Assembly: GCA_964522195.1 (NCBI GenBank)
Contig: CAZFSV010000003.1
Coordinates: forward strand, 29,575 to 93,574
Origin: an uncultured Candidatus Saccharibacteria bacterium
Lineage (GTDB): Bacteria > Patescibacteriota > Minisyncoccia > Phycocordibacterales > UBA9973
Direction: 5' to 3'
Length of the DNA stretch: 64,000 nucleotides
Part shown: positions 9,364 to 20,006 of the stretch, one piece after another
Position numbering within the stretch: position 1 is the first letter of the stretch
Layout of the letters: each line of letters opens with the position of its first letter
Notes under the pieces: generated by a model
What the model was told of the DNA's origin: nothing
What the model saw: only the letters and a program-made list of their open reading frames with translations
Database searches by the model: none
Position numbers and translations under genes: made by a program

Positions 9364-9445
9364 GGGTAAGTGGCGGAATTGGTATACGCGCTGGTCTTAG
9401 GAACCAGTGCCGCAAGGCTTGAGGGTTCGAGTCCCTCCTTACCCA
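9364..9445 (+). tRNA. tRNA-Leu(TAG)
   Basis: GGGTAAG/CTTACCC acceptor stem; CTGGT-CTTAGGA-ACCAG. Confidence 0.96.
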
Positions 9446-9627
9446 CAAAAATTCACAAAAGACAGCTAAATGCTGTCTTTTGTGTTATTTTTTTGTGTGG
9501 TAAAGGAGAGGCGAGAAAGACGGAGGCGGTATACAAGAGGAGCACAGCGAGTGCTTGTGGCCGAGTCGGGGTCGCGAAAATTTTCTTTAGAAAATTATTT
9601 GTGACCGAGTCCCTCCTTACCCACAAA
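9446..9627 (+). repeat. tRNA-associated structured element ending in a 22-nt direct repeat of the tRNA-Leu 3' end
   Basis: CGAGTCCCTCCTTACCCACAAA at 9428-9449 and 9606-9627; imperfect antisense copy at about 9491-9518; conserved GGGGTCGCGAAAATTTTC..GAAAATTATTTGTGACC hairpin. Confidence 0.85.
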
Positions 9628-9669
9628 TTTTAAAAAACAGTGATTTTTATCACTGTTTTTTAAATAATG

Positions 9670-9741
9670 AGGCCTGGGGCGGAATCGAACCGCCGTGTGG
9701 AGATTTTGCAGATCTCTGCCTTACCACTTGGCGACCAGGCC
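9670..9741 (-). tRNA. tRNA-Cys(GCA)
   Basis: Reverse complement GGCCTGG..GAGAT-CTGCAAA-ATCTC..CCAGGCC-T. Confidence 0.96.
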
Positions 9742-9753
9742 GTACTAATAATA

Positions 9754-10077
9754 TTACTTTTCTCTAAGTAATTCGTCAATTTTTTGCCTATTTTTTTCTC
9801 CTTTATCTATTTCTATGTCTATAAAAGGTATGACTTTTGTTTCCATATATTTTTTTAAATATTCACGAATTTCTCCTCTTTTTCTTTTTGCAAAATCTAA
9901 TGCAGGTTTTTCTTTGGATTCTGGTAGTACTGTTATTAAAATAGTACCTTTTTTTAAATCAGGAGAAACAGAAGCTGAAGTAACAGTAATCAAAGAAGTA
10001 TTATTATTTTCTTTCATTAAAAATTCTGCTACATGTTTTTTTATTAATTGGCTAACTTTTTCTTGTCTATCTGTCAT
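9754..10077 (-). CDS. rbfA: Ribosome-binding factor A
   Basis: ITVTSASVSPDLKK and IPFIDIEID motifs; follows infB. Confidence 0.9.
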   Translation of the reverse strand: MTDRQEKVSQLIKKHVAEFLMKENNNTSLITVTSASVSPDLKKGTILITVLPESKEKPALDFAKRKRGEIREYLKKYMETKVIPFIDIEIDKGEKNRQKIDELLREK

Positions 10078-10081
10078 ATTT

Positions 10082-11587
10082 TTATTTTTGAATTACTGAA
10101 AATGATTCTATAATATCTCCAGCTACTATTTCTAATTTTGATTCTAGCATCATTCCGAATTCTGATCCTTCTTCTACTGTGCTTGTTTTATTTTTTGCTT
10201 TCTCTAGATTTACTAGTTTTCCACGACCAATTTCATTATCTCGACGCATTATGCGAACTGTACCTAAAGAAATATTTCCTTCTACTACTTTACCACCTAA
10301 AACTTGGCGTTCTTTAGTTCGACTAAAGGCTTTTAATATTTTTGCTTTACCTGTAACTTCTGTTGTTTCAACCCTAGGTCTTCTTTTTTCTATTTCTTCT
10401 GTTAGCCATTCAGTCATTTTGTAAATGATATCAAAAGTTTGAGTAGTTATATTTGTTCGGTCTGCAAAATTCCTAGCATTATTTTCTATTTTAACATTAA
10501 AACCTAAAACAATAGTTTCTTCCGTTGCAGTTTTTATATCGTTCTCTCCAATATTCCCTTCACCTTTTGAAATAATCTTGAAATAAGCTCCTTCATTTTC
10601 AATTTTTAAGATTTCTTTTTCTAAAGCTTCGAGTGTGCCTGAAGTGTCGGCTTTTATGATTATAGGAATTATTTTTTTATTAACATTATTTAAATCTCCA
10701 TTATCTATTTGCTTAGAATTAGGATTGTTTAAATTTTCAGTTTTAAATTTTAAAGCTTCATCTTTTTTATCAAAGCTAAAAAATTTCTCTCCAACCTTAG
10801 GCATTTTATCAAAACCAATTAAGCGAATAGGGGACGAGAAAGAAGCCTCGTTTATTGCTTTACCTTTAAAATCTTCTAAAATCCTAACAGGACAAGCGCT
10901 ATCACCTGAAACAACCCACATACCTTTTTCTAAACTACCATTTTTTATAACTAAACTTGCTTCTATTCCTCTTCTTTGGTCTAAGTTTGCTTCAATTATA
11001 AAACCTTCTGCTTTTTGATCTAGGTCTCCTGTGAAATTCTCCATTTCAGAAACTAAGTTTATTAGATTTAATAATTCTTCGATGTTTTTACCAGTTTTTG
11101 CAGAAATTTCTACAAAAGGAATATTGCCACCATAGTTTTCTAAGTAAATACCATTTTCTGCTAACTCTAATTTTACTCTTTCAGGATTTGCTTCTGGTTT
11201 ATCTATTTTGTTAATAGCTACAATTACAGGTATTTTACTCTCTTCAATTGTTTTCCAAGCTTCCAATGTTTGCATTTTTACACCATCTTCAGCTGAAACT
11301 ATTAATATTGCAATATCTGCAGTATTAGCACCTCTTTCGCGCATTTTAGAAAAAGCTGCATGACCTGGTGTGTCTAGAAAAGTTATTTTTTTATCTTTAT
11401 TGTTTTCATCTTTTGCTAAAACTTCATAGCCGGAAATATGTTGAGTTATTCCTCCAGCTTCAGTATCTACAACATTACTTTTCCTAATATAATCCAAAAG
11501 AGTAGATTTACCATGATCTACGTGTCCCATTATAACAACTACAGGTGGACGAATTACTATAGAATTTTCTTTTTTATTTTTTTGCAT
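10082..11587 (-). CDS. infB: Translation initiation factor IF-2 (short form without the long N-domain)
   Basis: RPPVVVIMGHVDHGKSTLLD, EAGGITQHI, DTPGHAAF, NKID. Confidence 0.97.
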   Translation of the reverse strand: MQKNKKENSIVIRPPVVVIMGHVDHGKSTLLDYIRKSNVVDTEAGGITQHISGYEVLAKDENNKDKKITFLDTPGHAAFSKMRERGANTADIAILIVSAEDGVKMQTLEAWKTIEESKIPVIVAINKIDKPEANPERVKLELAENGIYLENYGGNIPFVEISAKTGKNIEELLNLINLVSEMENFTGDLDQKAEGFIIEANLDQRRGIEASLVIKNGSLEKGMWVVSGDSACPVRILEDFKGKAINEASFSSPIRLIGFDKMPKVGEKFFSFDKKDEALKFKTENLNNPNSKQIDNGDLNNVNKKIIPIIIKADTSGTLEALEKEILKIENEGAYFKIISKGEGNIGENDIKTATEETIVLGFNVKIENNARNFADRTNITTQTFDIIYKMTEWLTEEIEKRRPRVETTEVTGKAKILKAFSRTKERQVLGGKVVEGNISLGTVRIMRRDNEIGRGKLVNLEKAKNKTSTVEEGSEFGMMLESKLEIVAGDIIESFSVIQK

Positions 11588-12045
11588 TAATTTACTTTTG
11601 ATTTATTTATTACTTCTTGCTCTTCTTCTGATAATTCATACACAGATTTTCCTTTTTTTATTGGTTTTGCAAAAACACTCATTCTTTCACGAGCATAAAG
11701 ACTAGATATTACAACTCCGTCACCTTCTTCGTTTTGCATTCCAATAGCAAAACTTTGAGTTCCTCCTTGGTCTTTAAAAGGATTAAATCTGATTGTTTCA
11801 AGTCCTCTTATGCTTTTCTTTAATTTTTTATTAATTAATTCAAGTTCAGAAAGAATTTCATTTTTTGCTTGTTTTAATTTTAGGACTTCTTCTTCTAATA
11901 TATTTATATTGTCTTCTAAACTACGAGCTTTTTTACCTAAGAAAAATATCTTTAATCTTTTTTCTGTTCTAATCATCCAAAACCAGTTTATTAGTAAAAC
12001 TATAAGTATAAAGACAGAAAAAATAATTTGTAATTTAGTATCCAT
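11587..12045 (-). CDS. DUF4446-like membrane protein
   Basis: N-terminal TM, coiled coil, RFNPF.D.GG.QSFA..GDGVVISSLYARE. Confidence 0.75.
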   Translation of the reverse strand: MDTKLQIIFSVFILIVLLINWFWMIRTEKRLKIFFLGKKARSLEDNINILEEEVLKLKQAKNEILSELELINKKLKKSIRGLETIRFNPFKDQGGTQSFAIGMQNEEGDGVVISSLYARERMSVFAKPIKKGKSVYELSEEEQEVINKSKVN

Positions 12046-12137
12046 ATTATTTTAATATATAACAACTTTGGAAAATTAACAAGGTTTGTGTTATATTTAC
12101 TTAATTTAGTTTTGAGATTATAGTATTTAATATTGTT

Positions 12138-13355
12138 ATGAATAATAAAAAAAATAACCCAAAAAGAATAGTTTATTTAGATAATGCTTCAGCGACAAAG
12201 CTAGATAAAAATGTTTTAAATAAAATATTTTCTGTATTTAAAAAAGATTATGTAAATCCTAGCGCTTTATATGATTTAGGACTGGATTTAAATATTCAAA
12301 TTAAAGAAATTAAAAAACATATTTTAAATTTGTTTAAAAGTGAAATAGGGGAAATTATTTTTACAAGCGGAGCTACTGAGTCTAACAATTTAGCAATTTT
12401 AGGTTTTTTGAATGCTTTACCAAAAAAGAAAAATTTTTTACCTCATATTATTATTTCTAATATAGAACATTCATCAATTTTAGAGCTTTGTAAGAAATTA
12501 GAAAATGATAAAAAAATAGAACTAACTTTATTGCCAGTAGAAGAAAATGGAATTTTAAATTCTAATCTTTTAAGAAAAAATTTAAAAGAAAATACTGTTT
12601 TAGTTTCTGTGATGTATGTTAATAATGAAATAGGCACAATTCAACCTTTAAAAGAAATTACAAAAGAAATTAGACATTACAGGAAACATAATGAAACAAT
12701 TTTTCCAATTCTTCATAGTGATATAACTCAAGCTTTAAATTATTTAGAAATAAATTTTGGAACCTTGGGTATAGATATGGCTTCTTTTAATAGCGCTAAA
12801 ATTTATGGACCAAAAGGAATAGGGATTTTGTATAAAAGAAAAAATTTAAAATTAAACCCTATAATAATAGGAGGCAATCAAGAGAGTGGTTTAAGAGCCG
12901 GAACAGAGAATTTCCCTTTAATAATTGGTTTATATGAATCAGTGCTTGCAACTTTAAAAATTAGAGACAAAGAAGTAAAAAGACTTGTTCCTTTACAGAA
13001 ATATTTTATACAAAAATTAAAAAAAGTTTTTGAAAAATATAAAATTAAATTTACTCTAAATGGAGATTTAGAAAAAAGAATTCCAAATAATATAAATATT
13101 ACTATTTCAAATATTCCTAGTGATCTTATTTTAATAGAATTAGCTAATTATGGAATTTATATTTCAGAGAAAAGTGCTTGCAAATCCGGTGAAAAGAAAA
13201 ATTCTTATGTTATTGAAGCTTTAAATAAAGACACCAATTCTACGTTTAATAGTTTGCGTTTTTCTTTAGGTAGAGAGACAACAAAAGAGGATTTAAATTA
13301 TGTTATATCTATTTTAGATAAAGTTTTAAAAAAGCTTCATAAATGGTATAATTAG
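12138..13355 (+). CDS. iscS: Cysteine desulfurase (IscS/NifS family)
   Basis: YLDNASAT, FTSGATESNN, NNEIGTIQP, PLP lysine in SAKIYGPKG, catalytic SAC. Confidence 0.88.
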   Translation: MNNKKNNPKRIVYLDNASATKLDKNVLNKIFSVFKKDYVNPSALYDLGLDLNIQIKEIKKHILNLFKSEIGEIIFTSGATESNNLAILGFLNALPKKKNFLPHIIISNIEHSSILELCKKLENDKKIELTLLPVEENGILNSNLLRKNLKENTVLVSVMYVNNEIGTIQPLKEITKEIRHYRKHNETIFPILHSDITQALNYLEINFGTLGIDMASFNSAKIYGPKGIGILYKRKNLKLNPIIIGGNQESGLRAGTENFPLIIGLYESVLATLKIRDKEVKRLVPLQKYFIQKLKKVFEKYKIKFTLNGDLEKRIPNNINITISNIPSDLILIELANYGIYISEKSACKSGEKKNSYVIEALNKDTNSTFNSLRFSLGRETTKEDLNYVISILDKVLKKLHKWYN

Positions 13356-13358
13356 CTT

Positions 13359-13775
13359 ATGCATAATCAAGATGGAATAATTAAAGTATTACACCCGCAT
13401 TGGTTTTATTATTTAGATTTGTATGTATTTTGTATTATTGCTTTAGCTGTAGGTATTGTTTTTGTTTGGCAATTTATAATTTTTTCTATTCTGTTATTTA
13501 TTGGAATTGAAATTTTTCGTAGAGCTCATAAATATTATTTACTTGAAACCGGAGTTTCTAGAGAATATAAATTATTTTCTACTTCTAGAAAATATGCAGA
13601 ATATTATAAAATTCAAAATATAGAAGTTCACCAGACTTTTTTGCAAAATATTTTAGGAGTAGGAACAATAAGGTTTGATACTCCAGGTTCTGATCTATAT
13701 GAAATACATTTTGACGCTGTTTCAAACCCTTATGAGATTGAAAAGAAGGTTCGTAGTTTTTTGAGTCGAGGATAG
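13359..13775 (+). CDS. Membrane protein with bacterial PH domain
   Basis: Two TM segments, then KIQNIEVHQTFLQNILGVGTIRFDT. Confidence 0.75.
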   Translation: MHNQDGIIKVLHPHWFYYLDLYVFCIIALAVGIVFVWQFIIFSILLFIGIEIFRRAHKYYLLETGVSREYKLFSTSRKYAEYYKIQNIEVHQTFLQNILGVGTIRFDTPGSDLYEIHFDAVSNPYEIEKKVRSFLSRG

Positions 13776-13810
13776 TTTTTAAAAATTAATTTTTATGTTA
13801 TATAAAATAT

Positions 13811-14197
13811 ATGGACTTAAAAGATTTAAATAAAGGACAATTTATATTACTTATTATATTGCTTTGTTTTATAGTTTCTATTGCAACTAGTATTACTACT
13901 TATTCTCTTTTGTCTGAGGCTCCTGATACTGTGAAAAAACCTATTACTCAAGTTGTTCAGAAAACTGTTGAAAGAATTGTAGAGATAGAGAAAAATAATA
14001 CCCAATTATCAAAAGAAGAAGCAGAGTTATTAAAAGACTTGAAAGCTCTTAAGCCTCTTATTGATAAATTAGCCCAAGAACAAGATAATTCGAATTCAGA
14101 CACAACTACAGATCCAGATCCAGTAAATACAACAAATAAAAATACAGAAAACACTAATCCAGAAAATCCAAATACGACAGAAAATCCAAATCCTTAA
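13811..14197 (+). CDS. Hypothetical membrane-anchored protein
   Basis: N-terminal TM and Asn/Thr/Pro-rich tail. Confidence 0.6.
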   Translation: MDLKDLNKGQFILLIILLCFIVSIATSITTYSLLSEAPDTVKKPITQVVQKTVERIVEIEKNNTQLSKEEAELLKDLKALKPLIDKLAQEQDNSNSDTTTDPDPVNTTNKNTENTNPENPNTTENPNP

Positions 14198-14228
14198 ACT
14201 TTAACAACTTTTAATTTTATAACTTACT

Positions 14229-16919
14229 ATGCCACCATTAAATAAATTTACAACTAAAGCAAAAGAAGCAATTAAAAAGGCTCACGAACTCGCTATAGAG
14301 CGGGGTCAGAACCACGTTTCTTCAATGCATTTATTAGGAGCCTTATTGCTTCAAGAAGAAAGTATAGTTTATTCTATTTTAGATAGACTAGAAGTGGATA
14401 CAATTTTATTAACTGATTCTGTTTTAGAATATATAGAAAATCCTGAAAGCCGTAGTACTTTATCTCCTTCATATCAAATTTATTTAAATCCAGACTTAGC
14501 TCAAATAATTGAAAACTCTTTGAAAGTTACAGAATACACAAAAGATGAGTTTGTTTCTACGGAGCATTTATTTATTTCTATGCTTGAAGTAAATGGTGAA
14601 GCAAAAGATATGCTTTCAAAATTTAGAATAAACAAAGAAATGGTTTTGAAGGTGTTATTAGAATTAAGAGAAAATGATTCTGGTGGAGCATCTGAGCCAA
14701 AAAAGTTTAAATTAATTTTAAAGTATACTAGAAATTTAACTCGATTAGCGCGTGAAGATAAATTAGACCCTGTAATAGGTCGTGACAATGAAATAATTCG
14801 TTTAATGCAAATACTTTCTCGTCGTACAAAAAATAATCCTATTTTAATAGGCGAAGCAGGAACAGGCAAAACTGCTGTTGTGGAAGGGCTTGCCCTCCGG
14901 ATTGTAAAAGGCATGGTACCAGAATCTTTGAAAGACAAAGAATTAGTTTCTCTTGATTTAGGTTCTCTTATCGCTGGTACAAAATACAGAGGAGAATTTG
15001 AAGAAAGATTAAAAGGAATAATGAAAGAAATAGAAAAAACAGACGGAAAAATTATTCTTTTTATTGATGAAATACATACTATTGTTGGAGCTGGTGGAGG
15101 AGAAGGAACCTTGGACGCTTCTAATATGTTAAAACCAGCTTTAGCTCGCGGTGAATTGCGGGCTATTGGTGCTACAACAATAAAAGAATATCAAAAGTAT
15201 ATAGAAAAAGACCCAGCCTTGGCTCGTCGTTTTCAACCTATTTATGTTGAAGAACCAAATATTGAAGATGCTATCGCTATTTTGCGTGGACTTAAAGAAC
15301 GTTATGAATTATTTCACGGAGTTCGTATAACAGATGATTCAATTTTAGCTGCGGTGAATTTATCTTCAAGATATATTACAAATCGCTTCCTTCCAGATAA
15401 AGCTGTGGATTTGATAGACGAAGCTTCATCTTCGCTTAAAATTTCACTTGAAAATAAACCACCTATTTTAGAAGAAGCAAATAGAAAAATTATGCGTTTT
15501 GAAATAGAAAAAGAAGCTTTAAAAAAAGAACTTAATTTAACCGAAGACAAAGAAAAAAATAAAGAGATTAAAGATCGTATTAAGAATATTGATATGGAGA
15601 TAGCTAATTTGTTTGAAAAAACTAAAGAGCTTGAGCTTAAATGGCAAAACGAAAGAAGTATAGTTTTAGAAATTAGACAAATTAAAAAAGATTTGGAAGA
15701 TTCTCGCATAGAAGCAGAAAATGCAGAAATGAAATCCGATTTATCTTTAGCTGCAGAGATACGTTATGGTAGAATACCAAATTTGAAAAAAGAATTAGAT
15801 AGTAAATTAATTAAATTAAAGAAATTACAGAAAAATCGTAGAATCTTAAAAGAAGAAATTACTGAGGAAGATATCGCTGAAGTTGTTGCAAGGTGGACAG
15901 GAATACCTGTTTCTAAAATGCTTGAAGAAGAAAAAGAAAAATTAAGTAAAATAGAAGATCAATTAAAAAATAGAGTTATTGGTCAAAACGAAGCTATTTC
16001 TCGTGTTGGTGAGGTTATTCGTCGTTCTCGTGCAGGTATATCAGATCCTAATCGCCCAATAGGTTCTTTCATTTTCTTGGGTCCTACTGGAGTAGGTAAA
16101 ACTGAACTTACTAAAGCCTTAGGGGAATTTATGTTTAATGACGAGAAAGCTATTATTAGAGTTGATATGTCAGAATATATGGAGCGTCATAGTGTTTCTA
16201 AACTTGTAGGTTCTCCTCCAGGATATGTTGGTTATGATGAAGCTGGTCAATTAACCGAAGCTGTACGTCATCGCCCTTATTCTATAGTTTTATTTGATGA
16301 AATAGAAAAAGCTCACCCGGAAGTATTTAATATATTGCTTCAAGTTCTCGATGAAGGACGAATGACAGATGGTAAAGGTAGAGTAGTTAATTTTAAAAAT
16401 ACTATCATAATTATGACTTCTAATATTGGATCTCAACATATAGAAAAAATGGAATCTATTGGATTTTCTAATAATTCTGAAAAAGATGATTATATTCATA
16501 CTAAAGATAAAGTTATGGAATCATTAAAAGAACATTTCCGTCCAGAATTTTTAAATCGTATAGATGAAATTATTTTATTTGATATCTTGTCTAAAGAATC
16601 AATTAAAGAAATTGTAAACATTAGAATTAAAACTATCAAAGAAAGAATTTTAGCCAAAGGAATTAATTTAGAAATTGATGAAAAAGGTTTAGAGTATCTA
16701 GCAGAGGAGGGGTATAATCCACATTATGGAGCAAGACCATTAAACAGACTTATTCAAACTAAAATTTTAAATCCTGTAGCTGGATATATGATTTCAAATG
16801 AAGTAAAAAAAGGAGATAGTGTATTTATTACAACTGATAAAAATAAAAATTTATCTATTACTATAAAAAAGGGAAAAGTTAAAAGTAATTTAAAAATTAA
16901 AAGCAGACTAAAAGCTTAA
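14229..16919 (+). CDS. clpB: ATP-dependent chaperone ClpB
   Basis: Two AAA+ modules ([16 protein letters not shown]), long middle coiled coil, GSPPGYVGY. Confidence 0.95.
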   Translation: MPPLNKFTTKAKEAIKKAHELAIERGQNHVSSMHLLGALLLQEESIVYSILDRLEVDTILLTDSVLEYIENPESRSTLSPSYQIYLNPDLAQIIENSLKVTEYTKDEFVSTEHLFISMLEVNGEAKDMLSKFRINKEMVLKVLLELRENDSGGASEPKKFKLILKYTRNLTRLAREDKLDPVIGRDNEIIRLMQILSRRTKNNPILIGEAGTGKTAVVEGLALRIVKGMVPESLKDKELVSLDLGSLIAGTKYRGEFEERLKGIMKEIEKTDGKIILFIDEIHTIVGAGGGEGTLDASNMLKPALARGELRAIGATTIKEYQKYIEKDPALARRFQPIYVEEPNIEDAIAILRGLKERYELFHGVRITDDSILAAVNLSSRYITNRFLPDKAVDLIDEASSSLKISLENKPPILEEANRKIMRFEIEKEALKKELNLTEDKEKNKEIKDRIKNIDMEIANLFEKTKELELKWQNERSIVLEIRQIKKDLEDSRIEAENAEMKSDLSLAAEIRYGRIPNLKKELDSKLIKLKKLQKNRRILKEEITEEDIAEVVARWTGIPVSKMLEEEKEKLSKIEDQLKNRVIGQNEAISRVGEVIRRSRAGISDPNRPIGSFIFLGPTGVGKTELTKALGEFMFNDEKAIIRVDMSEYMERHSVSKLVGSPPGYVGYDEAGQLTEAVRHRPYSIVLFDEIEKAHPEVFNILLQVLDEGRMTDGKGRVVNFKNTIIIMTSNIGSQHIEKMESIGFSNNSEKDDYIHTKDKVMESLKEHFRPEFLNRIDEIILFDILSKESIKEIVNIRIKTIKERILAKGINLEIDEKGLEYLAEEGYNPHYGARPLNRLIQTKILNPVAGYMISNEVKKGDSVFITTDKNKNLSITIKKGKVKSNLKIKSRLKA

Positions 16920-16958
16920 ATTAAAAAATCCCTCACACAACATGAGGGATTTTTTAAT
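16919..16958. terminator. Bidirectional terminator between clpB and tRNA-Tyr
   Basis: AAAAAATCCCTCA..TGAGGGATTTTTT. Confidence 0.85.
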
Positions 16959-16960
16959 TG

Positions 16961-17044
16961 TGCGCCGGGAAGGATTCGAACCTTCGTAGGGCAAAGCCCG
17001 ACAGATTTACAGTCTGTTGTAATTGACCACTCTACCACCGACGC
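16961..17044 (-). tRNA. tRNA-Tyr(GTA)
   Basis: Reverse complement GCGTCGG..ACAGA-CTGTAAA-TCTGT..CCGGCGC-A; long variable arm. Confidence 0.96.
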
Positions 17045-17105
17045 ATTTACAATATATAAAATAACATATTTTTATTTTTTTTGCATCTTTTTAAAGACAT
17101 AGTTT

Positions 17106-17132
17106 TTTTGTTTGTGTTTTTTTAAAAATGTG
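17106..17132 (+). repeat. 27-nt direct repeat (promoter region), copy 2 at 18009-18035
   Basis: TTTTGTTTGTGTTTTTTTAAAAATGTG flanks the 17181-17966 gene on both sides. Confidence 0.8.
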
Positions 17133-17180
17133 TTATTGTGAATTTGAATATTTTTTCTTTCACAATTTAATTTTGAAATC

Positions 17181-17966
17181 ATGAATAGTGATATTAGTTT
17201 CCAAACATCTCAAGCTGCTTTGGCTTTTTATAAGCAAACAGCACAGGATAATGTTGATAAATTAAAAAACAATCCTTACCCTGGTAGAGGTATCGTTTTA
17301 GGTGTTAGTGAAGACGCTAAGTCAGTTTTCCAAATTTATTGGCTCATGGGTAGAAGTGAAAACTCTAAAAATAGAGTTATGAAATTTACTAATACCCCAG
17401 GTATAATTCAAACTGACTTTTTCAATCACAAAAAAGCAGGGGATCCTTCTCTTGTAATATACAATGCTATGCTAGAAGAGGTACATCTTATGCCTGAAGC
17501 TGTTCATTGTTTTGCTGTAAGTAATGGTAACCATACAAAAACTTTATTAAAAAAACACCCTATGGTAAAATTTTATTCCAATTGGTCCTATGAACCAGAT
17601 GAACCTAATTTTACCCCAAGAATCGGAGGTCTCACTGTGATTAGTCAAAACAAGTTATTAAAAAATTTTTTAACTATTATTTCAAAATCAAAAAATTCTT
17701 TTGAAAAAAAGTTTGATCTTTTTGAATTAAAAGATATTGCTGGTGGTGGATATTGTATTCATACTTATGCAGGAGAAGATGAGCCCTTACCTTCTTTTGA
17801 AGGCAAACCTTACCTTTTACCGTTATTAGGTGAATGTGAAGAAATTGTAAATTTTTATTGGGATTTATTAAATCCTGATTACCGTGTTTCGCTTGTGGTA
17901 AAAAAGATTTCAATTCAAGAACCTGCTAATGTAGAAGTTTTGATTAAAAATCAAAACCAAAATTAA
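17181..17966 (+). CDS. IMP cyclohydrolase-like protein (PurO/Ntn-hydrolase type)
   Basis: NPYPGRGIVLG, YWLMGRSENSKNR, SNGNHT, YEPDEPNFTPRI. Confidence 0.8.
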   Translation: MNSDISFQTSQAALAFYKQTAQDNVDKLKNNPYPGRGIVLGVSEDAKSVFQIYWLMGRSENSKNRVMKFTNTPGIIQTDFFNHKKAGDPSLVIYNAMLEEVHLMPEAVHCFAVSNGNHTKTLLKKHPMVKFYSNWSYEPDEPNFTPRIGGLTVISQNKLLKNFLTIISKSKNSFEKKFDLFELKDIAGGGYCIHTYAGEDEPLPSFEGKPYLLPLLGECEEIVNFYWDLLNPDYRVSLVVKKISIQEPANVEVLIKNQNQN

Positions 17967-17980
17967 ATTAATATTTTTTT

Positions 17981-18012
17981 AAAGCCCGTTTAACTTTGCT
18001 AAACGGGCTTTT
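17981..18012 (+). terminator. Intrinsic terminator
   Basis: AAAGCCCGTTTA..TAAACGGGCTTTT. Confidence 0.85.
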
Positions 18013-18121
18013 GTTTGTGTTTTTTTAAAAATGTGCTATTATAAATATGTTGAATTTTAAGCCTTTGGGCTTTTTTTCTTTAAAACAAACTTATTAAATT
18101 ATTAATTAGAAATATTATTTT

Positions 18122-19930
18122 ATGGATATTAGGAATATTGCAATTATCGCTCACGTAGACCACGGCAAAACAACTTTAACAGATGCTTTGATGAAGCAAA
18201 ATGGAGCACTTGTAGATGAAGGTGTTTCAATGGATTCTAATGATTTAGAAAAAGAAAGAGGTATTACTATTTACTCAAAAAATACTTCGATTACTTATAA
18301 AGGTACAAAAATAAATATAGTAGATACTCCAGGTCACGCTGACTTTGGTTCTGAAGTAGAACGCGTATTGCGTGCTATTGATTCTGTGTTGCTTTTAGTT
18401 GACGCTGTAGAAGGTCCTATGCCTCAAACTCGTTTTGTATTAAAAAAGTCTTTGGAACTTGGCCTTAAACCAATAGTTGTGATAAATAAAATAGACAAAC
18501 CAGCTTCTGATATTGCAAGAGTTCATGATGAAATTTTAGAATTATTTTTAGAATTAGGAGCGACGGACGAGCAAGCAGATTTTAAAACTATTTATGCTAT
18601 TGGTAGAGAAGGAAAAGCTTTTAAAAATATAGGCGATGATTCAAAAGACTTGTCTCCATTAATTGATTTGATTTTAGAAGAAGTTCCAGTTGCTTCAAAT
18701 AAAGAAGCGGGAGATTTACAAGCTCAAGTCTTTAATTTAGGTTATGATAATTTCTTGGGTAGAATGGCTATTGCTCGTATCTATGGTGGTACCATAAAAT
18801 CTAGTTCTCAAGTTGTAGTGAAAAATGAAAATGGTTCAAGAAACGGTAAAATCACTAAACTTTTTATTTTTGAAGGAATAAATAGAAAAGAAGTTAGTGA
18901 AGCTTCTGTTGGTGATATTGTTTTGCTTGCTGGTATTCCTGATATTTTTATTGGAGAAACTATTTGTGGAAATGAAAATGTAGAAGAAATGCCACATATT
19001 GCAATTGATGAACCAACACTATCTCTAAATTTCTTGGTTAATGATTCAACTTTTGCAGGACGCGAAGGTAAATTTGTAACTTCAAGACAAATTAAAGAAA
19101 GATTAGAAAAAGAATTAGAAATAAACGTTGGTCTTAAGGTAGATTTTTCTCCTAATCAAGAAAGTAATAATAGTGGACCTTCTTTCTTTAAAGTTTATGG
19201 TAGAGGAGAATTACATATTGCAGTTTTACTTGAAAATATGAGAAGAGAAGGTTTTGAAATGCAAGTTTCTCAACCTGAAGTTATTATTAAAACAGATGAG
19301 AGTGGAAACAAAACAGAACCTTATGAAGAATTAGTGATAGACGTTCCAACAGAGTTCTCAGGAGCTGTAATAGAAAAAATCGGAAAAAGAAAAGGTTTAA
19401 TGAAAGACATGCAAGAGAAAGAAAATGTTTCTCGTATTGTTTTTGAAATACCAACAAGAGGGCTTTTGGGCTATAGAGGTGAATTTATTATTGATACAAA
19501 AGGTGAGGGAATTATGTCTTCTCGTGTTATTGGCTTTAAAGATTATGCTGGTGAAATAAAGAAAAGAGAATATGGTTCTATGACTTCCATGATTTCTGGT
19601 AAAGCAGTTGCCTTTGCCCTTGCAAATTTACAAGAACGTGGTATACTATATATAGACCATGGAACAGAAGTGTATGAAGGAATGGTTATTGGTAATGTTC
19701 TTAAGGGTGAAGATATGTCTGTTAACCCTATAAAAGGAAAGCAGCTTACAAATATGAGAGCGTCTGGATCTGATGATGCAATTGTATTAAAACCTGCTTT
19801 TACTTTAAATATTGAAAGAGGACTTGAAGTTATGAGTCAAGATGAATACTTAGAAGTTACTCCTAAATCAGTTCGCTTGCGTAAAAAATATTTAACAGAA
19901 TTAGATAGAGTTCGTGCAAATAGAAAATAA
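18122..19930 (+). CDS. typA: Translational GTPase TypA/BipA
   Basis: IRNIAIIAHVDHGKTTL, GRGELHIAVLLENMRREG, KQLTNMRASGSD. Confidence 0.97.
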   Translation: MDIRNIAIIAHVDHGKTTLTDALMKQNGALVDEGVSMDSNDLEKERGITIYSKNTSITYKGTKINIVDTPGHADFGSEVERVLRAIDSVLLLVDAVEGPMPQTRFVLKKSLELGLKPIVVINKIDKPASDIARVHDEILELFLELGATDEQADFKTIYAIGREGKAFKNIGDDSKDLSPLIDLILEEVPVASNKEAGDLQAQVFNLGYDNFLGRMAIARIYGGTIKSSSQVVVKNENGSRNGKITKLFIFEGINRKEVSEASVGDIVLLAGIPDIFIGETICGNENVEEMPHIAIDEPTLSLNFLVNDSTFAGREGKFVTSRQIKERLEKELEINVGLKVDFSPNQESNNSGPSFFKVYGRGELHIAVLLENMRREGFEMQVSQPEVIIKTDESGNKTEPYEELVIDVPTEFSGAVIEKIGKRKGLMKDMQEKENVSRIVFEIPTRGLLGYRGEFIIDTKGEGIMSSRVIGFKDYAGEIKKREYGSMTSMISGKAVAFALANLQERGILYIDHGTEVYEGMVIGNVLKGEDMSVNPIKGKQLTNMRASGSDDAIVLKPAFTLNIERGLEVMSQDEYLEVTPKSVRLRKKYLTELDRVRANRK

Positions 19931-20006
19931 TAAACAAAACATTGACACAATTTAAAAACAAGGTTATACTAAAAAAAGTTAAAAATAAAAAATAATTTAA
20001 AAATTT

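Noticed and set aside
9179-9633. ORFs 9179-9448 (-) and 9370-9633 (+)
   Set aside because: They overlap tRNA genes and the repeat element, so they are treated as spurious translations
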